A stretch of 37,501 bases of DNA, from positions 1-37,501 of the forward strand of contig CAXBYW010000002.1 of assembly GCA_963980225.1 (NCBI GenBank), in the 5' to 3' direction. How positions within the stretch are numbered: the stretch's first letter is position 1; every line of letters begins with the position of its first letter. The translations under genes were made by a program, and so were the position numbers. Source of the stretch: an uncultured bacterium (GTDB taxonomy: Bacteria; Patescibacteriota; Microgenomatia; UBA1400; MFAQ01). The notes below the pieces were generated by a model that worked only from the letters and a program-made list of their open reading frames with translations, was not told the DNA's origin and searched no databases. This document shows positions 26,992-35,552 of the stretch, piece after piece.

Positions 26992-27533
26992 CCCCTCTCA
27001 ACGTGATTTTGTAATACATAACTTAAGTTTTGCAAAGGAGCACCGATCACTCTGACTAGGCTTTGGATTGGAGCGTTTAGTTGACTTAGGAGTTGGGCGT
27101 AAAGTTGGTCTTTGGTTGGTAACTTAGAAAGTTTTTCAATCTCTTCTGCAGTTAGGATTCTGTCTTGGTCGGGGGAGAGAGATACTCCTGCTTTGATAGC
27201 GAAGGTGGGGTGATCCTTGGTGAAGTCTGTAAGGGTCTTGGCTGCTGATACTACGTCTTGTGCATAGATGACGGCGGTTGGACCCTCTAGCGAGTCTTTT
27301 AGTTGTTCTAGGACCTCTGGAGAGCGCTTGGATAAAGCTAGGCTAATGAGGGTGTTTTTGGTGACGGCAAAGGAGCCTTCATTTTCTGTTAGGTCGTTTC
27401 TTAAAGCCTGTTGATCGGCAACGGGGACGCCGGTGTAGTTTACTAAGATCATACTAGATACGGTGTCTAGTTTTTCCTTGATTTTTTTTAGTTGGTCGAT
27501 GTTTTTTTGATTTGGCATAAAAAAGCTCGCCAA
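26988..27533 (-). CDS. rplJ: 50S ribosomal protein L10
   Basis: Position immediately upstream of rplL with a 4-nt overlap. Length of 181 aa and typical L10 pattern ([15 protein letters not shown]). Confidence 0.9.
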   Translation of the reverse strand: MASFFMPNQKNIDQLKKIKEKLDTVSSMILVNYTGVPVADQQALRNDLTENEGSFAVTKNTLISLALSKRSPEVLEQLKDSLEGPTAVIYAQDVVSAAKTLTDFTKDHPTFAIKAGVSLSPDQDRILTAEEIEKLSKLPTKDQLYAQLLSQLNAPIQSLVRVIGAPLQNLSYVLQNHVERG

Positions 27534-27596
27534 GGACGAGTAAATTAATATCCTGATTAGGGCTTATTGATTGCCTAACGTCTTTGGGTAGAGGAA

Positions 27597-27624
27597 ATTA
27601 TATCAGATTTTAGTTATTGCGCAA
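27597..27624 (-). promoter_or_regulatory. Candidate sigma-70 promoter for rplJ-rplL (extended -10)
   Basis: On the minus strand: TTGCGC, 16-nt spacer, TG-A-TATAAT. It lies about 65 nt upstream of the rplJ start, leaving room for an L10-type leader. Confidence 0.5.
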
Positions 27625-27711
27625 GGGGCAGGAGGGTGGTAAACTATAAGCTTAGAACATTTACAACTCACACACATTATTCTCATTCATACAAATATTT
27701 TGGAGGAATAC

Positions 27712-27924
27712 ATGGACCAGAGTAAGGGAGTTATCTTGGGCATTTTGAAAGCAAGTTCTGTCGGAGTTTCACCAGCAAATCTTCTTATGGAGGCAAGAAT
27801 TGGTGGAGTGATGGATCCTCTTTCCGTCACTAGATCGTTGGTTGAAGATGGTTTGGCTCGGATAGACAAAGGTAAGAATGGACAACCAGATCGAGTAAAA
27901 GCTTTGCCGGCTGCTTGGTCGTAA
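27712..27924 (+). CDS. Small (70 aa) possible winged-helix protein
   Basis: ATG 27712 preceded by GGAGGA (27702..27707). The track start TTG 27700 is less likely. Followed by a strong terminator. The family call is only a guess from LSVTRSLVEDGLARIDKG. Confidence 0.5.
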   Translation: MDQSKGVILGILKASSVGVSPANLLMEARIGGVMDPLSVTRSLVEDGLARIDKGKNGQPDRVKALPAAWS

Positions 27925-27971
27925 AAACTGTTTTAGTCTTGTGTTTTGTGAGTTGTTTATATACTTTTTGG

Positions 27972-28009
27972 CCTGTAGGCATTCTACTTTATGCCTGCAG
28001 GTTTTTTTT
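27972..28009 (+). terminator. Strong rho-independent terminator
   Basis: 11-bp stem CCTGTAGGCAT/ATGCCTGCAGG (one G-U pair), 8-nt loop, T8 run. Confidence 0.85.
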
Positions 28010-28185
28010 GGTATGTAGTAGGAAATACAATTTTTTGCTAAAAAATCTTGTTTATGGGAATTTATCTAGTGATAAAGTCCTATATTATTGATTTTAATAA
28101 TTATTGAGGATATAATAGTAAGTTGTACGTTGATGTTTTAAGTAATAGAAAGATTGAAAAAACTATTTGTAAAGAGGAGTTGGAG

Positions 28186-28473
28186 ATGAAAAATTTATCT
28201 GTTCTTGGAAAAAGAATGTTTAGGTTTTCACTGGTAACTGCACTGGTGATTGGATTGTTTTGGACAGTTTACTTTTTCATTCAAGGTAGTGTTCCTTCTG
28301 TGTCGAGTTTTATATTGGGTGAGGACATTGCGCTCCAGTTTCCTTTTGGAGTGTCTCGTTGGTTTGACGTTCTTATTGGTCCTGTCTGGTCGTGTTTACT
28401 TTTGTATTTGTATTATGCATATAAAGAGCATGGTGACACAGGTCTTTGGAACTTGAATGACTTGTGGGTATAG
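28186..28473 (+). CDS. Small polytopic membrane protein
   Basis: ATG 28186 preceded by AGAGGAG. Sequence MKNLSVLGKRMFRFSLVTALVIGLFWTVYFF.... The track start 28123 is an upstream alternative codon. Confidence 0.55.
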   Translation: MKNLSVLGKRMFRFSLVTALVIGLFWTVYFFIQGSVPSVSSFILGEDIALQFPFGVSRWFDVLIGPVWSCLLLYLYYAYKEHGDTGLWNLNDLWV

Positions 28474-28802
28474 GCTTAGTGGTTGGTTTGGTGGGTGGAA
28501 TCTTATATATCCAAGGAAAGCTTGATTTTGAGATGTTTGGTATCTTCGTTGTTGTAAACATTCTCGTTGCTGCTTGGATCGAAGGTACTTTGTTTTGCAC
28601 TCCTACATATTTTGCTGGGATGGCTCTTGCATTCAGCCTGGTAGTTGGTTTTGCGGTTGGTGTAGTTAGTTTGGTTATGATTTTTTTGCTCCTGCTGGCG
28701 CTTTTTTTAGTTGGCGTTGTTTTTACTCTTGTGGGTGGGTTAGGTTGGCTGTTGGTAGCAGGGTGCAAGAGACTATGGCGATGGTTGTTGGTTGCAGATT
28801 AA
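28464..28802 (+). CDS. Small very hydrophobic Gly/Val/Leu-rich membrane protein
   Basis: GTG start overlaps the previous stop by 10 nt (coupling). About 4 predicted helices. Confidence 0.5.
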   Translation: MGIGLVVGLVGGILYIQGKLDFEMFGIFVVVNILVAAWIEGTLFCTPTYFAGMALAFSLVVGFAVGVVSLVMIFLLLLALFLVGVVFTLVGGLGWLLVAGCKRLWRWLLVAD

Positions 28803-28823
28803 CTTGTCGGTTAATTTTAAATA

Positions 28824-28861
28824 GAGTGGATACTTAATAAAAAGTATCTGCTCTTTTTTTT
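28824..28861 (+). terminator. Strong rho-independent terminator closing the plus-strand insert
   Basis: 12-bp stem GAGTGGATACTT/AAGTATCTGCTC (two G-U pairs), loop AATAAA, T8 run. Confidence 0.8.
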
Positions 28862-28874
28862 GTGGATAAAAAGA

Positions 28875-29735
28875 TTAGATGGAGGATAGGTCTAGTTTGA
28901 CACTAGGTAGTTGGGTGGTGGTTAGAAAGACTGATTTTATTTTAATCGGATTGATGTGTTTTATTAAACTCAAGATATTTTCTGTTAGGTGATTTACTTT
29001 TTGATTAGCGGAACCTAAAGCCAGGTGGATGATAGGGAACTTAGGTTCTGTTTTGTAGGCTAGGGTAGCGCCTTTGCTGAGCTCTTCTAGTCTTTTCTTT
29101 GGGTTCTCTGTTAAGTTGCCGTTTTTGGGAGTAGGCATTAGACCTCTGGGTCCCAAGACTTTAGCGTGTTTGGCTAAGGTGGGCATGTCTTTTGGTGCGG
29201 CTAGAAGAACATCGAAGTCCAGTTTGCCTGAGTTTATCTTAACTACGGTTTTGTCTGAGAAAACTTCGATTGCTTGCTTTTTACCGGTTGAATGGGGTAG
29301 AGACACCTCACCCTTCATACCTGTTTCGATGGTGTTTATGTGTAACTCTAAGGTGTTTGTCTTTCTTTTTTCTGATAGCTTGATTAGAAGTTCTAGGGCT
29401 TCTTTTAAGGGGTAGAGCTTTTCTGAGTCAATCTTCTTTTTTAGAAGCTGGTAGCGTTTGGAGATAGCCTTTTTTGTTTTGGGAACAGCCTTAGTTGCCT
29501 TGGCTTCTTTTTTGGTTTCCTTTTTTGCTTTTTTAGTGGTTTGTTCCACAGAAGTGATAGGGTAAGCGACACGAATTTTTTCTAAGGCGGATTCACCTAC
29601 ACCTTTTATACTTAGGATTTCACCGTCGGTCATGCTTTTTAGTTTGTCTGGTTGGATCCTTGAATCTCTTAGTTTTTCGGCTAAGCTAGATGAGAGGTCA
29701 GTGTATAGTTCTTGCCAGTTGGTTTTAGTAGCCAT
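28875..29735 (-). CDS. rplA: 50S ribosomal protein L1 with a roughly 90-aa N-terminal extension (HhH-like motif plus Lys-rich linker)
   Basis: Canonical L1 begins near SKRYQLLKKKIDSEKLYPLKEALELL and contains VLGPRGLMPTPKNG. The ATG lies 1 nt after the rplK stop. Confidence 0.9.
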   Translation of the reverse strand: MATKTNWQELYTDLSSSLAEKLRDSRIQPDKLKSMTDGEILSIKGVGESALEKIRVAYPITSVEQTTKKAKKETKKEAKATKAVPKTKKAISKRYQLLKKKIDSEKLYPLKEALELLIKLSEKRKTNTLELHINTIETGMKGEVSLPHSTGKKQAIEVFSDKTVVKINSGKLDFDVLLAAPKDMPTLAKHAKVLGPRGLMPTPKNGNLTENPKKRLEELSKGATLAYKTEPKFPIIHLALGSANQKVNHLTENILSLIKHINPIKIKSVFLTTTQLPSVKLDLSSI

Positions 29736-29736
29736 T

Positions 29737-30162
29737 TTACTTGGTGGTGACGCCCATAGATCGAGCCGTACCTTCTATTATTTTTATTGCTTGTTCTATA
29801 TTATCTGTATTAAGGTCGGGAAGTTTCTTTTCGGCTATGGCCTTGACTTGGTCTTTGGTCAGTACACCAACCTTGTCTTTGTTTGGTTCGGCTGAGCCTT
29901 TTTTAAGTTTGATTGCCTGTTTGATTAGATCGGCTACAGGAGCAGTTCTAAGTTCAATATCAAAGGATCTGTCTTCGTAGATGGTTACTTGAGCAGGAAT
30001 ACTCTCACCTCTTAGTTCTTTAGTAAGTTCATTGTACTTATTTACAAAGTCCATGATAGGCACACCGTGTTGACCAAGAGCTGGTCCGGTTGGAGGAGCT
30101 GGAGTGGCAGCGCCACCCATGAGATTTAGTTTGAGAATAGTTTTTACTTGTTTGCTTGCCAT
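29737..30162 (-). CDS. rplK: 50S ribosomal protein L11
   Basis: Contains LNLMGGAATPAPPTGPALGQHGVPIMDFVNKYN. Confidence 0.95.
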   Translation of the reverse strand: MASKQVKTILKLNLMGGAATPAPPTGPALGQHGVPIMDFVNKYNELTKELRGESIPAQVTIYEDRSFDIELRTAPVADLIKQAIKLKKGSAEPNKDKVGVLTKDQVKAIAEKKLPDLNTDNIEQAIKIIEGTARSMGVTTK

Positions 30163-30190
30163 ACGAGGGGGAATTATATCAGAAATTTAG

Positions 30191-30415
30191 TTATAAAGTC
30201 TGTGGAAAAACGTAAGGAGTAGTGGTGGGTTCCACAGTAGTAGGTACACTTATCTTTTGTTGAGGCAAAACCTGGTTGGTTTTTGGTTCACTGGCGCGAG
30301 AACGGTCATCTAGGTTGATTTTAGGAAAGACGATGATGGCGGCGGATAGCACAGCTAGGACAACAAGAATAGGAATGGCGGCAATGAGCGTATGCTCAGT
30401 GGACAGAGAGTTCAT
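30191..30415 (-). CDS. 74-aa single-pass membrane protein between nusG and rplK
   Basis: Contains LIAAIPILVVLAVLSAAIIVF, then a Pro/Thr-rich tail. Same strand, with 17-nt and 28-nt gaps to its neighbours. Confidence 0.5.
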   Translation of the reverse strand: MNSLSTEHTLIAAIPILVVLAVLSAAIIVFPKINLDDRSRASEPKTNQVLPQQKISVPTTVEPTTTPYVFPQTL

Positions 30416-30432
30416 CTGAAATTAAATATAGA

Positions 30433-31038
30433 CTAGATTTTGGAGACTTGCAAGAAGTCTAGCTCTACTGGAGTCTCGCGACCAAAGATAGAAACTAAGA
30501 TCTCTACCTTACCTTTAGCTTCGTCGATAACATTGACTGTTCCTAGGAGATCTGTGAAAGGTCCGTCGACTACCTTGATGGCTTCACCAACGGAGAAGCT
30601 GGCTTGGAATTTAGGAGCTGCTTGCTTGCTAAAGGCCATGACTGCCTTGACCTCGTCTTTTGGAAGAGGAGTTGGTTGGTTTCCAATACCCACAAAACCG
30701 GTGACGCCTTGAGTGGTTCTGACGGCTAACCATGAAGCATCAGTGATGTTCATTCTGATCATTAGGTATCCAGGGAAGAGCCTCTCTCTAATGGTGGATT
30801 TTTTACCCTTGGCGATCTTGATTTTTTCTTGAGTGGGGATGAATGTCTCGAACACATTTTGGTCGTGACCTAGGGCTCTGACACGAGTTTTGATGGTTCT
30901 GGCGGTTAGACCTTCTCTACCTGATTGCGTGTGTAGAACGTACCATAGAGCTTCCTCAGGAGCATCTTTGGTGATGATTAGGTGATCGGTTGGGGCAGCA
31001 AGTTTTTTGGTTTTTTTAACCTTTTTTGTTTTTGGCAT
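30433..31038 (-). CDS. nusG: Transcription antitermination factor NusG (with Lys-rich N-terminal extension)
   Basis: NGN domain WYVLHTQSGRE...FPGYLMIRM. KOW region FSVGEAIKVVDGPFTDLLGTVNVID. Confidence 0.92.
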   Translation of the reverse strand: MPKTKKVKKTKKLAAPTDHLIITKDAPEEALWYVLHTQSGREGLTARTIKTRVRALGHDQNVFETFIPTQEKIKIAKGKKSTIRERLFPGYLMIRMNITDASWLAVRTTQGVTGFVGIGNQPTPLPKDEVKAVMAFSKQAAPKFQASFSVGEAIKVVDGPFTDLLGTVNVIDEAKGKVEILVSIFGRETPVELDFLQVSKI

Positions 31039-31043
31039 GTGTT

Positions 31044-31244
31044 TTAGCTTATGATTGATTGAATAAATTTAGTAAAGAGAACGTCTAAACCAGAGACGTA
31101 AAGACCGACCGCCAGGCTAACAAAGACAACAATAATAGTGAGTTTGAGAGTTTGCTGGTGGCTAGGCCACTTTACTTGGCGTAATTCTACCCTAACTTGG
31201 CTTAAAAACACAAGTAGACTGGTTTGTTTCTTCTTTGTTGACAT
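31044..31244 (-). CDS. secE: Preprotein translocase subunit SecE
   Basis: 66 aa. Contains FLSQVRVELRQVKWPSHQQTLKLTIIVVFVSLAV and sits directly upstream of nusG. Confidence 0.85.
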   Translation of the reverse strand: MSTKKKQTSLLVFLSQVRVELRQVKWPSHQQTLKLTIIVVFVSLAVGLYVSGLDVLFTKFIQSIIS

Positions 31245-31251
31245 GGTCTGG

Positions 31252-31260
31252 ATTATACCA
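31252..31260 (-). promoter_or_regulatory. Extended -10 box TGGTATAAT 7 nt upstream of the secE ATG (possible leaderless transcript)
   Basis: The minus strand reads TGGTATAAT-CCAGACC-ATG. No SD in between. The -35 is weak (TTATAT at 17-nt spacing). Confidence 0.4.
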
Positions 31261-31459
31261 CTTGCATTGCTAGTATATAATTAAAGATAAGCCCTACTTT
31301 AAAAGGCACCAATGTTTTGGGAGGTTTTTCCTCTACAAGTATTTTAAAGGGGAGCAGATGTTCTTGTAAGTCTTAAAAAACGGATCAAGACCGCTCACCC
31401 GCCTTGAAATTTTTTCAGGAAAGATCCCAAAACAGCCCGATAGGTAGGGCTTCCAGGAT

Positions 31460-32485
31460 TTACTTTGTGATGATGATTTTTTTGAAGATCTTGGCTAGTT
31501 TTTTTGGGTCGTGTCTTAGTCTACCTAACTTAGGAGTGATGGAGTAGATGTCTCTGGTTATCGTTTTGATACCTTTTGGTTTTAAGATTCGGAGTTGTTC
31601 TTTGTTCCAGCCCAGGAAGTGACTGTGGGTGTTTTGGTACAAGGCCTTGATATTAGGATGTTTTTTGTTGAACTGCTTGGTGGAGAGATGGGGAGAGATT
31701 AGAATATCGAAGGGTGTGGTGAGTTGGGTGTATTTTTGGAATACTTTTAAGTACTTACTTGGAGTGAAACGATGAGTTTGGTTTCTAGTGCTGGTAAGGT
31801 TGGCAACTAAGATCTTGGTTGCTTTTGAGTCTTTCAGGGCTTGGTTAATCCCTTCTGGGAGGAAGTTACTGATGATGGAACCATAGAGACTTCCAGGACA
31901 GTAGATGATGTGAGTGGCTTGTCTTAGCGCTTCTTGGGCTTCTTTGGTGGAGGGGGCTGATGGCTCTAAAAAAACGTGGTTGACGAAGTTTTTGCTGTGA
32001 GACAGGCGATCTAGGATGTGTTCACCGGTATGGGTTCCGCCAGAGGTGGTGGTGAAGCGGATGTTAGTGGGGGATAGAGAGACGGGGATGGCCTGACCTT
32101 GGAACTTGACGGACATTAGGGTCTCTAGGTGTTTCTGGACCTTGGTGAAGTCGTTTCGATATTTTTCTAGTAGGCTGTAGTAAAGGGTGTAACCTAGGTT
32201 TCTGTTTCTACCGTCGGTGTAGTCTAGAAGGTCGATGAAGGCTTTGATATTGGGTTTTTGTCTGTCTTTGGGGTGAATGAGGGATATAAGTGTTCTTAAG
32301 ACGTCACTTATGGCTATGATTCTGTCTCTTTCATCTGATCTTATCAAGCCAGTTTTACCACCTGAATCCATGGATGCAGTAATGGCGGATATGTTTTTGA
32401 AACCTGCCAAAAGGAGAGACTTGATGATTATGGGAGCACCGGTACCACCACCGATGGTAACGATTTTTATTTTTTTTCCTGCCAC
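31460..32485 (-). CDS. CofD/YvcK-family protein (gluconeogenesis factor / 2-phospho-L-lactate transferase-like)
   Basis: Contains KIVTIGGGTGAPIIIKSL...ISAITASMDSGGKTGLIR. Confidence 0.75.
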   Translation of the reverse strand: MAGKKIKIVTIGGGTGAPIIIKSLLLAGFKNISAITASMDSGGKTGLIRSDERDRIIAISDVLRTLISLIHPKDRQKPNIKAFIDLLDYTDGRNRNLGYTLYYSLLEKYRNDFTKVQKHLETLMSVKFQGQAIPVSLSPTNIRFTTTSGGTHTGEHILDRLSHSKNFVNHVFLEPSAPSTKEAQEALRQATHIIYCPGSLYGSIISNFLPEGINQALKDSKATKILVANLTSTRNQTHRFTPSKYLKVFQKYTQLTTPFDILISPHLSTKQFNKKHPNIKALYQNTHSHFLGWNKEQLRILKPKGIKTITRDIYSITPKLGRLRHDPKKLAKIFKKIIITK

Positions 32486-32515
32486 AAAGATGGATTATAC
32501 CTGTTTGGTAGCTTT

Positions 32516-33088
32516 CTAGAGAATTTCTTTGTAAAGCTGGGCAACTTGCTTTAGAAAATATGCCTTACTTTTTGTATTGACTAGAGTGTGGTCTGCCATA
32601 GCGATTGTGCCGCCCTTGTTTAGTTTTTCTATCTCGGCGTAGTCTCTGGTTTTAGCCTCTTTTATGGTGATGGAGCGATTTCTTAAGTCGGTGTCTTTTT
32701 TAAAAGCTTTGCGGGTTGATAATCTTAGATGCCTCATTTTTGGGGGAGCGTAGATAGCGATGACTACCATCTGATCTTTAAATTTTTCTTTAAGATACTT
32801 ATACTCTTCCCAGCTATATAGTCCATCGGCGATTACGTGATCGGTTTTTAAAAGCTTTTTAAATTTAGGGTAGTTTAGGATAGCAAAGGCGGCCATTCCG
32901 TGCTTTTTCCTGACGTCTTCCCGGATGATTCTTTCGTTTTTCTCGTTTATTTTTAGTTTTTTCTTTTTCAGTTCATCCATGGTGATCTGACCGAAACGAA
33001 CGAACTTACATCCTTTGTCGACGAAGTAGTCAGAGATAACGCTTTTGCCGGATCCTGGCATGCCTGTTACACAGATGATATTGTTCAT
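32516..33088 (-). CDS. P-loop nucleotide/nucleoside kinase-like protein (dephospho-CoA-kinase-like fold)
   Basis: Walker A VTGMPGSGKS, 190 aa. Substrate not assignable by eye. Confidence 0.6.
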   Translation of the reverse strand: MNNIICVTGMPGSGKSVISDYFVDKGCKFVRFGQITMDELKKKKLKINEKNERIIREDVRKKHGMAAFAILNYPKFKKLLKTDHVIADGLYSWEEYKYLKEKFKDQMVVIAIYAPPKMRHLRLSTRKAFKKDTDLRNRSITIKEAKTRDYAEIEKLNKGGTIAMADHTLVNTKSKAYFLKQVAQLYKEIL

Positions 33089-33218
33089 AGTGAAATTGTA
33101 GCATCAATGACTGGCTGCTAGATCAACTTATATTAGTAAGATGTAGTTTGCAGTACTGTAGACTAGTTTGTGGTACCCCTTTGTATTTATGGTAAACTCC
33201 GTTTTAATATTTTTTAAG

Positions 33219-34715
33219 ATGATAGAGAAAACACCAGAAAGAAGAATCCATCTAGACCAAGAAAGATTATCTATTGATGAGTTGTGTGAACTTTATCCAC
33301 GAGTAGGTGAGCTTTTTTCGAATGAAAAATATTGGGTGATTGACCCAAAGACAATGGAAGTTTGTACAACAAAATTGAACTTGATGGGCTTACTTGTCCG
33401 GACGGATGGTGGGGAAGTTAAACAGGCACTTGTTGCAACACATTTATCTAAGCTGTGTGAGGAGTTGACAAGAGAGACAGGGGTGGAGATGGGGCGAAGA
33501 ATGGGTAGTGTTTTACCGCGTTCGGTTTTTTTTACAAAATCAGAGATTGTGGACACGATTGTTTACATGCACTCTATTGTTCAGAATGGTCACAAAAAAT
33601 CAAAGGTTAATAAACTATATAAGTTAGATATTTCTAGTGGTTATCAAGGTAAGGAGCTTAGTCACTTGAACAATAAACTTTTAGTAAACGATAATCCTCT
33701 TGGCTTGATGAGAAAAGAAGCGGAAGAGATGGAATCAGATAGATTAAAAGGTTTGTTAGATGATCTTGCTATTGTCAGGGAAGATAGGATTGTTGCAGAT
33801 GGGATGGCGGTGGATATTACGAGTCAGTATTTTGTTGAACTTCCCAAGAGATTGTTGTCTCAAGATGAAGAGGTTGTTTTGGCGAAAGGAGTTGTTGGTG
33901 GTAGAAATATAGAGACACTACTTCTTAGACTTAATGGGACAGAGATTTCGGATGAAGAGACCGAAGAGATGCAAAAATTGCTTGTTTTAGGAGAAGCTGC
34001 AGGTCAAAGTCTGGTCAAGCATAATACACTGCTTGTAATTAGTGTTGCAAAAAAATACTTGGGTAAAGGACTTCCGTTTCTGGACTTAATTCAGGAAGGG
34101 AACATAGGTCTTTATAAGGCTCTTGTAAAATATGATTACAAACTTGGTCACAAGTTTTCTACGTATGCTACATGGTGGGTCAGGCAGACCATAACAAGAG
34201 CCCTTGCAGATCATGGAAGGACAATACGGATACCTGTTCATAAAGGTGACGAAATACGACGTTTGTACAGAACGAGTGAGCTCTTAGAGCAAGAACTAGG
34301 AGGGGAGCCTACAACTGCCGAGATTGCTAGTCGTTTTGGTAAAACTGAGAGTAAGGTGTTAAAACTTCAAAAACAAGGAGAGATGCCGTTATCGCTTGAC
34401 AAGCCCGTTGACCTAGAAGATGGGGAAGCAGTTCTTGGAGATTTTGTCGAGGAGGATGAGAGTCTCAGACCAGAAGCAGAGGTTGCAAGGATGCTTTTAA
34501 GTTCAAAAGTGGAAGAAGCGCTGTCTGTTTTAGAGCCAAAAGAGGCTAGGGTCTTAAGGTTACGATATGGACTTAAAGACGGTGAGTGCTACACTCTAGA
34601 GGAAGTTGGTTGTCGTTTTGGGGTAACAAGAGAACGGATAAGACAAATTGAGAGGGTGGCTTTTCGTAAACTTCGTTGTTTGTCTGGTGCTCAACAGTTG
34701 CGAGATATTTTGTAA
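33219..34715 (+). CDS. rpoD: RpoD-like primary-type sigma-70 factor with an unusual N-terminal region of about 230-280 aa
   Basis: Regions 2-4: [19 protein letters not shown]...[16 protein letters not shown]...RTIRIPVH...; C-terminal [28 protein letters not shown]. Start moved to ATG 33219 (MIEKTPERR). Confidence 0.9.
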   Translation: MIEKTPERRIHLDQERLSIDELCELYPRVGELFSNEKYWVIDPKTMEVCTTKLNLMGLLVRTDGGEVKQALVATHLSKLCEELTRETGVEMGRRMGSVLPRSVFFTKSEIVDTIVYMHSIVQNGHKKSKVNKLYKLDISSGYQGKELSHLNNKLLVNDNPLGLMRKEAEEMESDRLKGLLDDLAIVREDRIVADGMAVDITSQYFVELPKRLLSQDEEVVLAKGVVGGRNIETLLLRLNGTEISDEETEEMQKLLVLGEAAGQSLVKHNTLLVISVAKKYLGKGLPFLDLIQEGNIGLYKALVKYDYKLGHKFSTYATWWVRQTITRALADHGRTIRIPVHKGDEIRRLYRTSELLEQELGGEPTTAEIASRFGKTESKVLKLQKQGEMPLSLDKPVDLEDGEAVLGDFVEEDESLRPEAEVARMLLSSKVEEALSVLEPKEARVLRLRYGLKDGECYTLEEVGCRFGVTRERIRQIERVAFRKLRCLSGAQQLRDIL

Positions 34716-35018
34716 GTAGTATCTTGGTTTTTGGTGAGATGTGTTTTTAGATATATTTTTTTGATTCTTACTAGACTTTAGGGATTGGTAAATTTCGTTG
34801 GAGATTATTTTCTCTTCCAAGATTTAACCTCTACCGCTCTTTTTGCCAGTAGTTCTCTGGCCAAGGTTTTGCCTTCGGTGGTTACAAAGTAAGAGTCGAG
34901 GTCGTCAGTAAGATTTTGAAGATAAAATGTAGGGGCTGGTGGATTATGTTGGAACTTACTATTTTGATTTGAGCGGTAACTTTTGTTTTTGAGGTGAATT
35001 TGATATGATTGCCTACAT

Positions 35019-35465
35019 ATGATTGAGATAGATAAGCGGTTTAAGTTTGAGAACGGTGCTGAGATGAATGGACATTATAAATACGGCATATTAACTCGTC
35101 CCGAACGATACATATGTTGCCGTTTACAGGAGTCAGGTCCGTTGGGGATTGGACAAGAGCAGATAGAGGAGTTTGAAATTCCTATAGCTGATGTAGAGGC
35201 CTTGGTTGATGCGGGGATTGTGAAGAAAGCTCCTCTTATTCAGTTTGCTAGAGAGCTGACTACGGACAAGGTAAGTTGCGAGGAAATGGAAGACTTGAGG
35301 AAGCAAGGAGCTCCTTTTGCTTTAGAAAATGAATGGGATAAGACCTTTTTTTCTAGCTTTGACTGGGGGTTAGAGGTTGTCAAGAAAGGTGAGCTTCCGG
35401 AAAATCAGAAAATGCATTATCAAGTTAAGCCAAGACTGTATAACTACATAAGTTTACTTCTTTGA
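35019..35465 (+). CDS. Hypothetical protein (148 aa)
   Basis: Clean ORF; no motif recognised. Confidence 0.5.
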   Translation: MIEIDKRFKFENGAEMNGHYKYGILTRPERYICCRLQESGPLGIGQEQIEEFEIPIADVEALVDAGIVKKAPLIQFARELTTDKVSCEEMEDLRKQGAPFALENEWDKTFFSSFDWGLEVVKKGELPENQKMHYQVKPRLYNYISLLL

Positions 35466-35552
35466 TTGGTGGGGGATGGTTTTGAGGCTAATTTGCAGGG
35501 GCTAGTGAACGATGTTGGAACTTGGTATAGACAACTGATATACAATAATTTA

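Noticed and set aside
25374-27055. Antisense ORFs 25374..25910, 25577..25765, 25696..25980, 26258..26518 and 26555..27055
   Set aside because: Each lies opposite a confidently identified gene (GT26 transferase, HTH protein, rplL) and has Ser/Pro/Thr-rich low-complexity translations typical of the pyrimidine-rich antisense strand.
28123-28802. Single frameshifted membrane gene instead of two ORFs (28186..28473 and 28464..28802)
   Set aside because: The 10-nt GTG...TAG overlap is a common translational-coupling arrangement and there is no homopolymer at the junction. They are kept as two genes, with low confidence.
28861-28869. Perfect DnaA-box 9-mer TGTGGATAA; oriC idea also considered for the AT-rich 24205..25428 region
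   Set aside because: It is a single box with no cluster. Only a 7/9 match (TGTGGATTT near 24520) lies in the AT-rich region, and there is no dnaA or dnaN nearby. One chance 9-mer in 37 kb of AT-rich DNA is unremarkable.
34800-35018. Minus-strand open frame ending ...LTDDLDSYFVTTEGKTLARELLAKRAVEVKSWKRK (stop near 34808), plus track ORF 34596..34820
   Set aside because: The protein-like stretch has no start codon and is open only as a fragment, possibly a gene remnant. ORF 34596..34820 overlaps the rpoD 3-prime end antisense and has low-complexity sequence.
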